DNA of 64,000 bases, taken from Pseudomonadota bacterium. GTDB lineage: Bacteria; Pseudomonadota; Alphaproteobacteria; RF32; CAG-239. Under the pieces are notes generated by a model. It was not told the origin of the DNA. It searched no databases and was given only the letters and a program-made list of their open reading frames with translations. Both the position numbers and the translations under genes were made by a program. The stretch covers positions 1-64,000 of the forward strand of contig CAKJXZ020000024.1 in NCBI GenBank assembly GCA_918234285.1, in the 5' to 3' direction. Below are positions 53,589 through 63,540 of this stretch, one piece after another (the stretch's first letter is position 1; the number at the start of each line of letters is the position of its first letter).

Positions 53589-54539
53589 ATGAGCAAAGGT
53601 GCCGAAGTTAACGATAAAGTTTTGGAAAGCTTTAAAAAAGAAAACAAAAAAGCGGGTATCAGAGTTTTTGTGGCCGGCGGTTCGCGTTCCGGCAACGAAA
53701 AACAATATGCGCAAGAGGCGTATATTCTGGGCCGCAAAATTGTCGAAATGGAATTTAAGCTCGACTTCGGACTCTCCAACAGAGGTATTATGGGCGCTGT
53801 GGCCCGCGGTGTTATCGATGGTTGGAATGATAAACAGGAAGAAAAAGGCGAGTTTCCGATTCAAGGTATCACCACCAAAAAATATTTTGATTTATATCCG
53901 AGCGATGATGAACTTATTCGCAAAATGGATATTGTGGTGGCGCGCACACTTGAGGAACGTAAGCGTAAATTACTGAAAGCCGATTTTGTGGTGTTTACAC
54001 CGGGCGGTGTCGGTACTTTGGACGAACTGGCCTACGATTGCGTGGCCATGCAGGACGAAATGTTGCCGATAAAGCCTTTCATCATTTATAATATTAACGG
54101 TTTTTTCCATCATTTGTTGGAGTTTTTGAAACATATTGCGCAGGAGGGATTTGCCGATCCGGTTCCGTTTATCGTGGTAGATAACCCGGAAGAATTGGAA
54201 ATAGCCTTTCGTTGGCTGAAGCTGAAAAAAAACGATTACAGCAGCAGCAAAGAAGTGTTTGTTATGTCACGTAAGCTGATTTATGAGCTACCGTATTACA
54301 ATAAGCAAAAGGAGAATTATAATATGGATGTCGAAACGTGTGCCGAGCGGATGGATATTATCAAAGAACACGGCAGCGATTTTGACCGACAGGTTTTGCA
54401 AGATGAAATTCGCACCGCCTATTTTGAAAATGAAATCGAAAAAATGTATAATCGTTTGGCGCAAACCGGTCGCGATACCGGTATGGTCAGCGAAAAATTA
54501 GCCGCCCTTAAAAAGCGACGGAAAGAGATGTTGGAATGA
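53589..54539 (+). CDS. LOG-family protein with C-terminal extension
   Basis: GIMGAVA, EERK, PGGVGTLDE. Confidence 0.85.
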   Translation: MSKGAEVNDKVLESFKKENKKAGIRVFVAGGSRSGNEKQYAQEAYILGRKIVEMEFKLDFGLSNRGIMGAVARGVIDGWNDKQEEKGEFPIQGITTKKYFDLYPSDDELIRKMDIVVARTLEERKRKLLKADFVVFTPGGVGTLDELAYDCVAMQDEMLPIKPFIIYNINGFFHHLLEFLKHIAQEGFADPVPFIVVDNPEELEIAFRWLKLKKNDYSSSKEVFVMSRKLIYELPYYNKQKENYNMDVETCAERMDIIKEHGSDFDRQVLQDEIRTAYFENEIEKMYNRLAQTGRDTGMVSEKLAALKKRRKEMLE

Positions 54540-56272
54540 ACGTATTTGCCTTTATTTTAAAGTATTTACGCAAAACAAAATTTATGGCGAGCGTTATCGT
54601 GATCGGCATGATTATTCGCAGTGTGGCCGATCGCGGCGAGGTTTATGCTATGTCGCAAACCATCGGTATTTTGCCGCAATACGCCAGCGACCACAGTGTG
54701 TTGAACCGCATTATTTTTTACATCGGGTTATTGGCGTTTTTCCTGGTTATCGAAGCAATTTCTAACTATATGTGGCGCTACATGGGCGGCAAATTTCAGC
54801 CGTATTTCTCCAGCTTGATTTACCGCGATATTTTTGCGGCGGTGCATCACCAATCGGTTAGTTTTTTTAATATGGAGATGTCGGGCAAAGTGGCCTCCAA
54901 AACCAAAAACATTGTCAGCGGAATTCGTGATATTTATGTAAACTCTTTGTTTGGATTGTTGCGACCGGTTACCGGTATTGTTGTCAGTTTGTATTTAATT
55001 TGTCGTGCCGATTTGCTGATGGGGGCGATAATTACCGTTTTGAACCTGATTTTTATCGGCATAAACATTATCATCCGCAAAAAAATCGGCTCATTTTCGG
55101 AAAAGCGTGCACGTTTCAGTGCGGAAACCGACGGGGTGTTTATCGATACGGTCACCAATTCCGATTTGGTAAAGAGTTTTGCCAATTATTTTTATGAAAA
55201 AGGGCGATTTTACCATGTTTTGCGCACGGCGGTGCGTTCCGAACAGGAAGAGCGCACCAAAGACGCATGGTTTGATTTGCTGGGAAAAATAGTGTTTTAT
55301 TCCGTTTATCTGGCCTCGTGTATTTGCGTGTTTTATTTTTGGTATTTGGGGCGCTTGGAGTTGGCGGATGTGGTGATGAGCACGTCACTGATGACCGGTT
55401 TGATGATGGAAGTCACCAACATCGGCTTTTTTGCCAGTGAATTTTCGCAACTCTACGGACAAGTTAAAGACGGTTTAAATCTGATTTTTCAGCCGTATCA
55501 GGTTAGAGATGCGCCGGATGCCCACAATATTAAAATGCGCGGCAGTGCCATAAATTTTGATAAAATTACCTATCATTACGAAGGTAAAGAAAACTTGTTT
55601 AATAAGTTTAATCTCAAGATTAAGTCGGGCGAAAAAGTCGGTCTGGTCGGTCATTCCGGCAGCGGTAAGTCCACACTGATAAAGCTTTTGGTGCGCTATT
55701 ATGATGTTGACGGCGGCAAAATTACCGTCGGCGGCGAAAATATTGCCGATGTGCGGCAAAACAGCTTGCGGGCGCAAATTGCCGTGATTCCGCAAGACAC
55801 AACCTTATTTAATCGTACCATTATGGAAAATATTCGCTACGGCAACGTTAAAGCCACCGATGAGGAAGTAATAGCTGCCGCCAAAGCCGCCTATGCCGAT
55901 GAATTTATCCGCCAGCTTCCGAACGGCTATGAGAGCAAAGTAGGGGAACGCGGAGTAATGCTCTCCGGCGGCGAACGTCAGCGCATCGCTATTGCCAGAG
56001 CTATTTTGAAAGACGCACCGATTCTGATTTTGGACGAGGCAACCTCGGCGCTCGACAGCGAAAGCGAGCAATATATTCAAAAGTCGCTCAAAAAACTGAT
56101 GAAAGGCAAAACGGTGATTGCCATTGCCCACCGGCTTTCCACTTTGCGCGAGATGGATAGGTTGATAGTTATGGATAACGGTAAAATCGTCGAAGAGGGC
56201 AGTCATGACGAATTATTGAAGCGTGCGGGCGCCTATTACGAATTTTATCGCATTCAAAGTTTGAACAAATAA
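54536..56272 (+). CDS. ABC exporter, fused permease/ATPase
   Basis: TMD plus GHSGSGKST, LSGGERQR, ILDEATS, IAHRLST. Confidence 0.95.
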   Translation: MNVFAFILKYLRKTKFMASVIVIGMIIRSVADRGEVYAMSQTIGILPQYASDHSVLNRIIFYIGLLAFFLVIEAISNYMWRYMGGKFQPYFSSLIYRDIFAAVHHQSVSFFNMEMSGKVASKTKNIVSGIRDIYVNSLFGLLRPVTGIVVSLYLICRADLLMGAIITVLNLIFIGINIIIRKKIGSFSEKRARFSAETDGVFIDTVTNSDLVKSFANYFYEKGRFYHVLRTAVRSEQEERTKDAWFDLLGKIVFYSVYLASCICVFYFWYLGRLELADVVMSTSLMTGLMMEVTNIGFFASEFSQLYGQVKDGLNLIFQPYQVRDAPDAHNIKMRGSAINFDKITYHYEGKENLFNKFNLKIKSGEKVGLVGHSGSGKSTLIKLLVRYYDVDGGKITVGGENIADVRQNSLRAQIAVIPQDTTLFNRTIMENIRYGNVKATDEEVIAAAKAAYADEFIRQLPNGYESKVGERGVMLSGGERQRIAIARAILKDAPILILDEATSALDSESEQYIQKSLKKLMKGKTVIAIAHRLSTLREMDRLIVMDNGKIVEEGSHDELLKRAGAYYEFYRIQSLNK

Positions 56273-56283
56273 ATAAAAAATAC

Positions 56284-56405
56284 TTGATTTTTGCGGAAAA
56301 CCTCATATTATACACTCAATATGTTGCGGCTGCGAAGAGATTCTGCAGTCGGCTTTTTTAACCTTAATGAAGATGCCTATATAGCAAAGATATAGGTGTT
56401 TTTTG
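56284..56405 (+). promoter_or_regulatory. greA promoter plus leader with two terminator-like hairpins
   Basis: TTGATT-16-TATTAT (56284-56311); hairpins at 56327-56359 and 56370-56404, each followed by a T-run. Confidence 0.6.
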
Positions 56406-56425
56406 TTTGATTTTTGGAGGATGAA

Positions 56426-56899
56426 ATGGAAAAGTTTCCGCTGACAAAGACCGGCTATGCCATGTTGGAGCAGGAATTAAAAAGACGTAAAGGCGAAGAT
56501 CGCCCGAGCATTATCGAAGAAATTGCCGAAGCACGCGCTAAAGGTGATTTGTCGGAGAATGCCGAATACTCTGCGGCCAAAGAAAAACAGAGTTTTAACG
56601 AAGGACGTATTCAGGAACTGGAGGCGGTTATCAGCCGTGCTCAGGTAATTGATCCGACGCAAATGAGCGGCAATATCGTTCGCTTCGGCGCCACGGTTTT
56701 GTTGGCCAATATCGATACCGACGAAGAACGCGAATATCAGATTGTCGGCGATTATGAGGCTGATATCGAAAAGAACAAAATTTCGCTTTCTTCGCCGCTC
56801 GCTAAAGCGCTTATCGGTAAAGAAATCGGCGATATTGCCGAATATCTGGCACCGTCGGGCAAACGTTCGTACGAAATTTTGCAAGTTAAATGGTTATAA
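56426..56899 (+). CDS. greA: Transcription elongation factor GreA
   Basis: GDLSENAEY, FGATV, SPLAKALIGK; start at ATG 56426 after GGAGG. Confidence 0.97.
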   Translation: MEKFPLTKTGYAMLEQELKRRKGEDRPSIIEEIAEARAKGDLSENAEYSAAKEKQSFNEGRIQELEAVISRAQVIDPTQMSGNIVRFGATVLLANIDTDEEREYQIVGDYEADIEKNKISLSSPLAKALIGKEIGDIAEYLAPSGKRSYEILQVKWL

Positions 56900-56902
56900 A
56901 AC

Positions 56903-56929
56903 AAAGGCCCTCATCCAAGGGCTTTTTTT
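56903..56929 (+). terminator. Rho-independent terminator after greA
   Basis: aaggccct/agggcttt plus T-run. Confidence 0.75.
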
Positions 56930-57036
56930 AACGCTATAGCTCAGGCTGATGTACTAAAAAATAAATAATGCTTGCAAAAAAAGTCAAATGGCATATATTC
57001 AAGCCAGATGAAATTTAATTTTTATGGGAGATAAAA

Positions 57037-58086
57037 ATGGCTTTAGTTTCTATGCGTCAGATTCTTGACGATGCAGCCGAGCACAATTACGGCGTGCCGG
57101 CATTTAATATCAACAATATGGAACAGATTATTGCCGTAATGCAGGCAGCGCAAAAAGTAAACGCTCCGGTGATTATGCAAACTTCGACCGGTGCGCGCAA
57201 ATATGCCGGCGACCCGATGATTCGTCATATGGTGGCGGCGGCAATCGAAATGTTTCCGAACATTCCGGTTTGTATTCACCAAGACCACGGCACATCGGTA
57301 GATATCTGCCAATCGGCGATTGTTAACGGCTATTCGTCGGTGATGATGGACGGCTCCCTTGAAACAGACGGCAAAACTCCGGCCTCGTTTGAATATAATG
57401 TTCGCGTAACTCAAGAAGTGGTAGCACGTGCTCACGCTGTCGGCGCTTCGGTGGAAGGCGAGCTCGGTGTTATCGGTTCGCTCGAAACCGGTAAGGCCGA
57501 CAAAGAAGACGGTATCGGTGCTGAAGGTAAGCTCGACCGCAAGCGTTTGGTAACCGATCCGGATGAAGCAGCCGAATTTGTGGCTCTTACTCATCTTGAC
57601 GCTTTGGCGGTGGCTGTCGGTACTTCGCACGGCGCTTACAAATTCACGCGCAAGCCGGACGGTGAAATTCTGGCTATTGATGTGATTGAAAAAATTCATG
57701 CCAAGTTGCCGAATACCCACCTGGTGATGCACGGTTCTTCATCGGTTCCGCAGGAATTACAGGATCTGATTAATGCGTATGGCGGCCAAATTCCGCAGAC
57801 CTACGGTGTGCCGATGGAAGAAATCGTTCGCGGCATTAAATCCGGTGTGCGCAAAGTCAATGTTGATACCGATTCGCGTATGGCTATTACCGGCGCGATT
57901 CGCAAGGTTTACGCCGAGAAACCGTCGGAATTTGACCCGCGTAAATATCTCAAACCGGCAATCGAAGAAATGCAAAAGGTTTGCGAAGAACGCTATATTG
58001 CCTTCGGCGCGGCCGGCTATGGCGATAAAATTAAGCCGATTAAACTTTCGGATATGGCCAAGCGTTACGCTGCCGGCGAAATTTAA
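57037..58086 (+). CDS. fba: Class II fructose-bisphosphate aldolase
   Basis: [41 protein letters not shown]. Confidence 0.97.
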   Translation: MALVSMRQILDDAAEHNYGVPAFNINNMEQIIAVMQAAQKVNAPVIMQTSTGARKYAGDPMIRHMVAAAIEMFPNIPVCIHQDHGTSVDICQSAIVNGYSSVMMDGSLETDGKTPASFEYNVRVTQEVVARAHAVGASVEGELGVIGSLETGKADKEDGIGAEGKLDRKRLVTDPDEAAEFVALTHLDALAVAVGTSHGAYKFTRKPDGEILAIDVIEKIHAKLPNTHLVMHGSSSVPQELQDLINAYGGQIPQTYGVPMEEIVRGIKSGVRKVNVDTDSRMAITGAIRKVYAEKPSEFDPRKYLKPAIEEMQKVCEERYIAFGAAGYGDKIKPIKLSDMAKRYAAGEI

Positions 58087-58100
58087 TTTTTGCAAAACAC

Positions 58101-58144
58101 AAATAAAAAAGCTGTCGGAATAAAATCCGACAGCTTTTTTATTT
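58101..58144. terminator. Bidirectional terminator
   Basis: 19-bp perfect inverted repeat aaataaaaaagctgtcgga/tccgacagcttttttattt overlapping the stop of 58143..59465. Confidence 0.9.
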
Positions 58145-59465
58145 AACAGATAATCTTACCTGCACTATGGTTGGAAGGAGGTAACTTAATCCAACCGGCC
58201 GAAATTGCCTTGAGCATAACCTCATTATCAAGAGTGTAGCCTTGGGCAAAATACTTACAAATGAGTTCCTCATCATTATCCGGCTCAAGCAGATGCTGAT
58301 GCAGCTCCTGCGGCAGCGGCCAACGAGTAATATACTCCAACGCCAAATCCCCGGCAGACGGACAGTCAAACATCTTTTCGATATCAACATAATCCGGCTT
58401 AATGCCTTTCTTCATCTGCTTTTTCATCCGCTTGGTGAAATCCTCGATTTCTTCCTGCAAAATCGGCGGAATGTTCACGAACCTCTTTAAACAGAATTTG
58501 ATGTTTTCGCTCTGAATAGCGAACTTGGGCTCATAACGGAAAATCAACCGACAATAAGTAGGCGTAGTGTTGCAAATCAGATAGGCAATTGCCGCCTTAT
58601 CCAGCAGATGCCCGGTTTCGTGGAAGATTTTGTACTGCTCATCATCCATCTCCATTTGCGCACCAGCATAAATTTTGCTGTTGAGCTTGCAGAACTTCCG
58701 CCATTTTGCCGGATTGTTTACATTTTTCCGACAAGCCAAATCGCGCACGATACACTTTTGCAAGTGCGTTTGGTAAGCATCATTGACGCGCTCTTTGAAA
58801 TCGGGCGTTGCATCGCTGTTGGCAATCTTTTTCAGCAAATCTTTGCTCAGATTGCAGTGCTCGATGTATTCGCACAAAATCCTCGCCAGACAGCCGTAAG
58901 GATATTTGTTGCTTTCCGCAATAGCCTTATCCACCAGAATGCTCGCCTTTTGCTTGGTCAGCGTGCCGAAGTGCATATACTCCTTCATCAGCGAGCTTTC
59001 TTTTTGCTCGGCTACGGTGGAATCCACCAGAGCAGCAAACAAATCGTCGCGCAAGTCCATTGCGCTGATAACATACGAAAGCCTGCTTACATGGCCGTTT
59101 TTCATACACAGAATCCACGCTTCGGGACTCATCGCATTGAACACCTCATTGTCGTTGCGCACCTCGTTCAGATAAACCAGCTGCTCATCCACCGAATAGT
59201 TCTTCAAGTCATCAAGTTCAATCCACCACTTTGCCCACTTAAAAGGCCACTTTAAGGCCAATCGGGTATAAAAAGCGCGAATACGATCACCGAACAGAAC
59301 ATCCCAACGGACAAGCTTGGCTGCAGTTTGCGGCCGACGCCAGTGGAGTAAAAACATTGAGAGAGGATTTCCCGCAAGGAGAAATAGCACAGATGCAATG
59401 CCGTAGACACATAAGCTCATCAGCTTGGTCGATACCGGCGACTGAATGAAATTTTTGAAAATCAT
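58143..59465 (-). CDS. Hypothetical helical protein with hydrophobic N-terminus (ORFan-like)
   Basis: 440-aa ORF with its own promoter and terminator; no recognisable motif. Confidence 0.75.
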   Translation of the reverse strand: MIFKNFIQSPVSTKLMSLCVYGIASVLFLLAGNPLSMFLLHWRRPQTAAKLVRWDVLFGDRIRAFYTRLALKWPFKWAKWWIELDDLKNYSVDEQLVYLNEVRNDNEVFNAMSPEAWILCMKNGHVSRLSYVISAMDLRDDLFAALVDSTVAEQKESSLMKEYMHFGTLTKQKASILVDKAIAESNKYPYGCLARILCEYIEHCNLSKDLLKKIANSDATPDFKERVNDAYQTHLQKCIVRDLACRKNVNNPAKWRKFCKLNSKIYAGAQMEMDDEQYKIFHETGHLLDKAAIAYLICNTTPTYCRLIFRYEPKFAIQSENIKFCLKRFVNIPPILQEEIEDFTKRMKKQMKKGIKPDYVDIEKMFDCPSAGDLALEYITRWPLPQELHQHLLEPDNDEELICKYFAQGYTLDNEVMLKAISAGWIKLPPSNHSAGKIIC

Positions 59466-59686
59466 AGTCGTAAAATTTTACGATTACTGCTCTGTCCCTC
59501 TTGAGCAAATATTTGTGAGACTGTTCGGGGGAACATGAAAACCGCTAGCGCTTCTCAGACGAACAATCTGCTTACGTGCAATGAACTCCTTGGTTTGACC
59601 TATCTTGACATTACCGCTTGATCCACAAACCAGATCGGATAAATAATAAATCAATAATAGAATATCATTATACATAAAGCAGTACA

Positions 59687-59714
59687 ATTATAGCAAATAC
59701 GGAAAATTTGTCAA
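59687..59714 (-). promoter_or_regulatory. Consensus sigma70 promoter
   Basis: TTGACA-16bp-(TG.)TATAAT on the minus strand. Confidence 0.8.
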
Positions 59715-59763
59715 GATTGTTTTTTTGTGGTTTGCAGTGATAAAAGCGCAAAGTTGCTTACAA

Positions 59764-59791
59764 AAAATCCCGCCGTTAACAGCGGGATTTT
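59764..59791 (-). terminator. Terminator of the Fo operon
   Basis: aaaatcccgc/gcgggatttt just after the atpF stop. Confidence 0.8.
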
Positions 59792-59809
59792 AATTTCTAC
59801 TTTTATAAA

Positions 59810-60457
59810 TTAAGAAGCAAATTTGTCCAACTCGGCGATGGCTTCATCAATAAGCGCACTTTTATCGGTTTTTTGCAAATAACGATTAATGGTTTTTTGC
59901 GCCAACTCAACCGAAGCCTTACTGGCCGAAAGATTGATTTCATCCTGCGCCTTTTGCGTTGAGGCTCTGATACGGCGTTCCGCTTCTTTTTCTTTATCCT
60001 TCAAATCGTTTTTCAAGTTACTTAACTCGCGCTTTTTCAGATTTTCCAGAGTGCTTTTAGCCTTTTGCATAATCTGCGACGCTTCTTTTTGCGCATCAAC
60101 ATATTTACGCTCATAGTCAGCCAACAGAACTTGGGCATCATCCCTCAACTTAGCGGCATCGTCAATATCTTGTACCACCTTGTCGATTCGCTTATGCAAG
60201 CCCGAAAGAATGGCACCGGTCAGCGGTTTAAGCAAAATACAGACGGACAGCACGAAAGCCACAGCAATCCAGAATTCTACCTCGGAATAAAACGGCACTT
60301 CGTGAATTTCGGTTGCCGCGGTTTTGCCGGCGGCAATCACCTCAGACACGTTTTCCGCAGCTCCCATAATCATATTCTGCGTTGCATCGATTATCTCCTG
60401 ACCGGCAGAAGTTGCGGTTGCATCACTTTGCGTTTCCATCAAAAGTTCTTCATTCAT
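59810..60457 (-). CDS. atpF: ATP synthase Fo subunit b
   Basis: EFWIAVAF TM followed by coiled coil; last gene of the Fo operon. Confidence 0.88.
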   Translation of the reverse strand: MNEELLMETQSDATATSAGQEIIDATQNMIMGAAENVSEVIAAGKTAATEIHEVPFYSEVEFWIAVAFVLSVCILLKPLTGAILSGLHKRIDKVVQDIDDAAKLRDDAQVLLADYERKYVDAQKEASQIMQKAKSTLENLKKRELSNLKNDLKDKEKEAERRIRASTQKAQDEINLSASKASVELAQKTINRYLQKTDKSALIDEAIAELDKFAS

Positions 60458-60938
60458 GCGCTTTATCCTTTACGGCCAAGGCTGAAACATCTTTTCTGCT
60501 GATTTGCTTAAAGCCGAGTTTTTGCACGATTTCATACGCCAAGTCAACGGCAATTGTTTCAATTTGTTGCATGGTGTCTTTCTTTTCTTTTGCCAGCGTA
60601 AATTCATTGTCGGCAATTTTTCGATTCAGCTTTTTAGATAAGTCGGCCTCGGTGTTTTTCAGATATTTTTGCAACTCATCGCGGCCTTTCTGAATTTCGG
60701 CCTGAGATGTATGCTCAGCCTCATTCAAAATCGCATGATATTTATCAATCGATTCTTTGGCCTGCTGATTGAGTGCGTCGGCTTTTTGGATATACTCATC
60801 GATTTTGCGCTTACGTTGCTCCATAACATCGGCAATTTTCGGAATCACAAACGTCGAAAGCAACGCCCATAAGCAGCAAAAGCAAACGAGCATCCAAAAC
60901 AGTTGAGAAATGTATGACGACGGGTCTAACTGCGGCAT
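60450..60938 (-). CDS. ATP synthase Fo subunit b'
   Basis: MPQLD..SQLFW N-terminus typical of b'. Confidence 0.9.
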   Translation of the reverse strand: MPQLDPSSYISQLFWMLVCFCCLWALLSTFVIPKIADVMEQRKRKIDEYIQKADALNQQAKESIDKYHAILNEAEHTSQAEIQKGRDELQKYLKNTEADLSKKLNRKIADNEFTLAKEKKDTMQQIETIAVDLAYEIVQKLGFKQISRKDVSALAVKDKAHE

Positions 60939-60959
60939 AACCTGTTCCTCAATTTGTTA

Positions 60960-61196
60960 TTACAGAATCATCAACAATGCGATAACCAGAATATACAAAG
61001 CGATGGATTCGATGGTACCCATACCAAGGAAACCGAATACCGTAACATCTTTTTTAACTTGCGGATTGCGACCGACCGTTTCAATCAAAGAAGTCCACAA
61101 CTTGGTCAAACCCCAAGCGGCAACGCTCATGCCCAAGGCGCAGATACCGGCAGCAATAAAAGCTAAAGATTTGTCTTGTAAGATTTCGTTTTCCAT
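60960..61196 (-). CDS. atpE: ATP synthase Fo subunit c
   Basis: Helical hairpin with RNP loop and conserved Glu (IESIALY). Confidence 0.93.
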   Translation of the reverse strand: MENEILQDKSLAFIAAGICALGMSVAAWGLTKLWTSLIETVGRNPQVKKDVTVFGFLGMGTIESIALYILVIALLMIL

Positions 61197-61228
61197 TTTT
61201 TTATCCTTTCTGTAGATTTAAGTTAATT

Positions 61229-61954
61229 TTATTCTTCGTTACTTATCGCCTGACTTAGGTATACGCAACTTAAAATCGTATAGATGTAAGCTTGCAATAA
61301 AGCGATAAACATTTCAAACATAATGATACACATATCCGCAACTAACGGGATAAAACCGAAAAATTGCATTGCAATAATAAATGTACCCAAAACTTTCAAC
61401 ATAATGTGTCCCACCGACATGTTGATAGCCAAACGCAAAGTCAGGCTGAACGGTTTTGCCAGCAAAGACAAGGTTTCCACCGGAATAATCAGCGGTGCCA
61501 TAAATATCGGCAATCCTTCCGGACAGAAAGTATGAAAATAAGAAAGACCGCGGTGCTTAATACCCAAAATTATGTTCAATATAAAGCAAAACAGCGAGAG
61601 TGTGCCGACGGCGGCAATATGCGATGTAAAGGTAAAGCTGTACGGAAACAGGCCGAGCAAATTACCGAAAGATACAAACACAAACAGCGTAAACACAAAG
61701 GCCACGAACTTGAAACCCTCTTTGCCTAAAGTTTCGCCGATTATGTCCTGCACAAATTCATAAATCGATTCCGCAAAAGCCTGCCCCATGGTCGGAATAA
61801 TGTTGCATTTTCTTAAACTCAAACACAGACCGAGAAAAACTACCACAACCGTGATAACCATACATAAGGATGAATTGGTGAAAGATATATCAATCCCGTT
61901 AATGTCAAGCGGAAATATCTTTTTAATCTCAAATTGTTCCAAAGGATTTTCCAT
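61229..61954 (-). CDS. atpB: ATP synthase Fo subunit a
   Basis: PLEQF, FTNSS, GNLLGLFP, SLTLRLAINM..GH, LQAYIY. Confidence 0.96.
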   Translation of the reverse strand: MENPLEQFEIKKIFPLDINGIDISFTNSSLCMVITVVVVFLGLCLSLRKCNIIPTMGQAFAESIYEFVQDIIGETLGKEGFKFVAFVFTLFVFVSFGNLLGLFPYSFTFTSHIAAVGTLSLFCFILNIILGIKHRGLSYFHTFCPEGLPIFMAPLIIPVETLSLLAKPFSLTLRLAINMSVGHIMLKVLGTFIIAMQFFGFIPLVADMCIIMFEMFIALLQAYIYTILSCVYLSQAISNEE

Positions 61955-61959
61955 CCCGA

Positions 61960-62265
61960 TTACTCCTTATCCATATCTTTATCAATCTGTTGCGCGGCCC
62001 GGTATAAATTCAGTGTCCCGGCGGCAACACCGAAAATTGCCAGAATCAGCATAATTATCGGCTTGGTATGCAGCAGCCTGTCCAAAACATAACCGATGCA
62101 CAATCCGATGATTACCGGTGCGCCAAACTCGGCTGCCATTCGGAAAGCATATTCCATAAAAATACGCAACCGCGACCGACTTTTATGTTGTGTTGCCATT
62201 CTTTTATCCTGCATTTTACGGATTCTCAAATCCATATCGCGAATGTCCGACGGCAACTTATTCAT
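61960..62265 (-). CDS. atpI: AtpZ/AtpI family protein
   Basis: E...IG..IGY.LDR..T.P pattern; first gene of the Fo operon. Confidence 0.85.
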   Translation of the reverse strand: MNKLPSDIRDMDLRIRKMQDKRMATQHKSRSRLRIFMEYAFRMAAEFGAPVIIGLCIGYVLDRLLHTKPIIMLILAIFGVAAGTLNLYRAAQQIDKDMDKE

Positions 62266-62276
62266 TTCTCCGCCCC

Positions 62277-63005
62277 TTAACGTTGCAACCGTGCCAAACG
62301 GCTGTCCAAATATTCTTTGAATGAAGAATATGTTACAACACCGTGAACAATCTCTTTACCGTCCGGACCGACCACCAAAAAGGCCGGCGTACCTTTGATA
62401 TCCAGCTGTTTAAACGCTTCGTATCTGGTTGTGGCGATATCCGTTGCTTTTTTCTTGTCTTTCAGGCAGGCAACCGCTTCATCATAATCCAAACCGAACT
62501 CGGTTGCATAGCTGAGAAGACGTTCCGATCTTTTATCCATCCACCATGAACGTTGGTCATAAAACAGCTTATTGATGAAAGGCGCATAATTTTCATAAGT
62601 CATGCATTCCGATAAAAGGGCAGCCTTCATGGCATTTTTATCCAGAGGATAATTAACAAAAACCACTCTAAGCAGACCTGTCGCAACATATTCATGTTCA
62701 ATCAGCGGCATGGTATCAAGATGAAAGTCGGCACAATGCGGACAGGTCAACGACGAATATTCAAACAAAGTTAACGGTGCCTTGGCAGAGCCGACGGCAT
62801 ATTTTTGCGAAGCGTTAATTGCTATATCTGCCGGCAAAACGGTAGCAATTCCGTTATATTCGGCCGCTACTGCCGTTTGTTCGCGCAAATAAATTTTGCC
62901 GTCCTCATAAACAAAACCCTTGTAATTAAAATAAATTACGGCCGAAAAACAAAACATCACAATCAACGAGAGCGTGTTACTTATTTTCTTTATTATTTCA
63001 TCCAC
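62277..63005 (-). CDS. DsbA-family thioredoxin-fold protein
   Basis: EYSSLTCPHCADFH, GTPAF; N-terminal TM. Confidence 0.9.
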   Translation of the reverse strand: MDEIIKKISNTLSLIVMFCFSAVIYFNYKGFVYEDGKIYLREQTAVAAEYNGIATVLPADIAINASQKYAVGSAKAPLTLFEYSSLTCPHCADFHLDTMPLIEHEYVATGLLRVVFVNYPLDKNAMKAALLSECMTYENYAPFINKLFYDQRSWWMDKRSERLLSYATEFGLDYDEAVACLKDKKKATDIATTRYEAFKQLDIKGTPAFLVVGPDGKEIVHGVVTYSSFKEYLDSRLARLQR

Positions 63006-63010
63006 TGATG

Positions 63011-63538
63011 TTACTCCTGACGGTTATTATCGGTATACACTGCACGCCCCAATCTTTCGATTGCGTCTCGAAGATCGTCACGTTCGATATCTTTAACTAA
63101 CTCCGTAATATATGATTCTTCCTCGGCAGATACAACAGTTTTTTTAACTTTATTAATCGGTTTTTTCTTGATTAAAAAGTCTGCGGCGTTACCGTTTTGC
63201 AAAATTTTGATTTTAGTCACGGCCGAATAGCCGAAAAAAGTATTGATTTGCGTTATGATTTTAGCTTCATTTTGCTTGATTTCCATGGCAAAAGCTCCGG
63301 TCGGCACCATAATGGTCAGACAGCCGTTGCCGCGCTCGTTTTTCGGGAATATCAATTTTTGCGGCAGACTGTATTGGGCTAAATTTTTGCCGACAATCGT
63401 TTCCCATGACGAAAGTAACTCAATATGCGTAAATCCGTGCTGCCCCAAAAGCTGCTGCGCCAGGGGCAGGGCGGTCTGGGCAATGCCTGTCAACCCTTTC
63501 AACGTGTGTTCTTTGTTGATTTTGATTCCGCGCGTCAT
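63011..63538 (-). CDS. dciA: DUF721/DciA-like helicase loader
   Basis: W..IVG..LA....P, IN.FFG...V..I.I.Q; start at ATG 63538 after GAGG. Confidence 0.75.
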   Translation of the reverse strand: MTRGIKINKEHTLKGLTGIAQTALPLAQQLLGQHGFTHIELLSSWETIVGKNLAQYSLPQKLIFPKNERGNGCLTIMVPTGAFAMEIKQNEAKIITQINTFFGYSAVTKIKILQNGNAADFLIKKKPINKVKKTVVSAEEESYITELVKDIERDDLRDAIERLGRAVYTDNNRQE

Positions 63539-63540
63539 CT

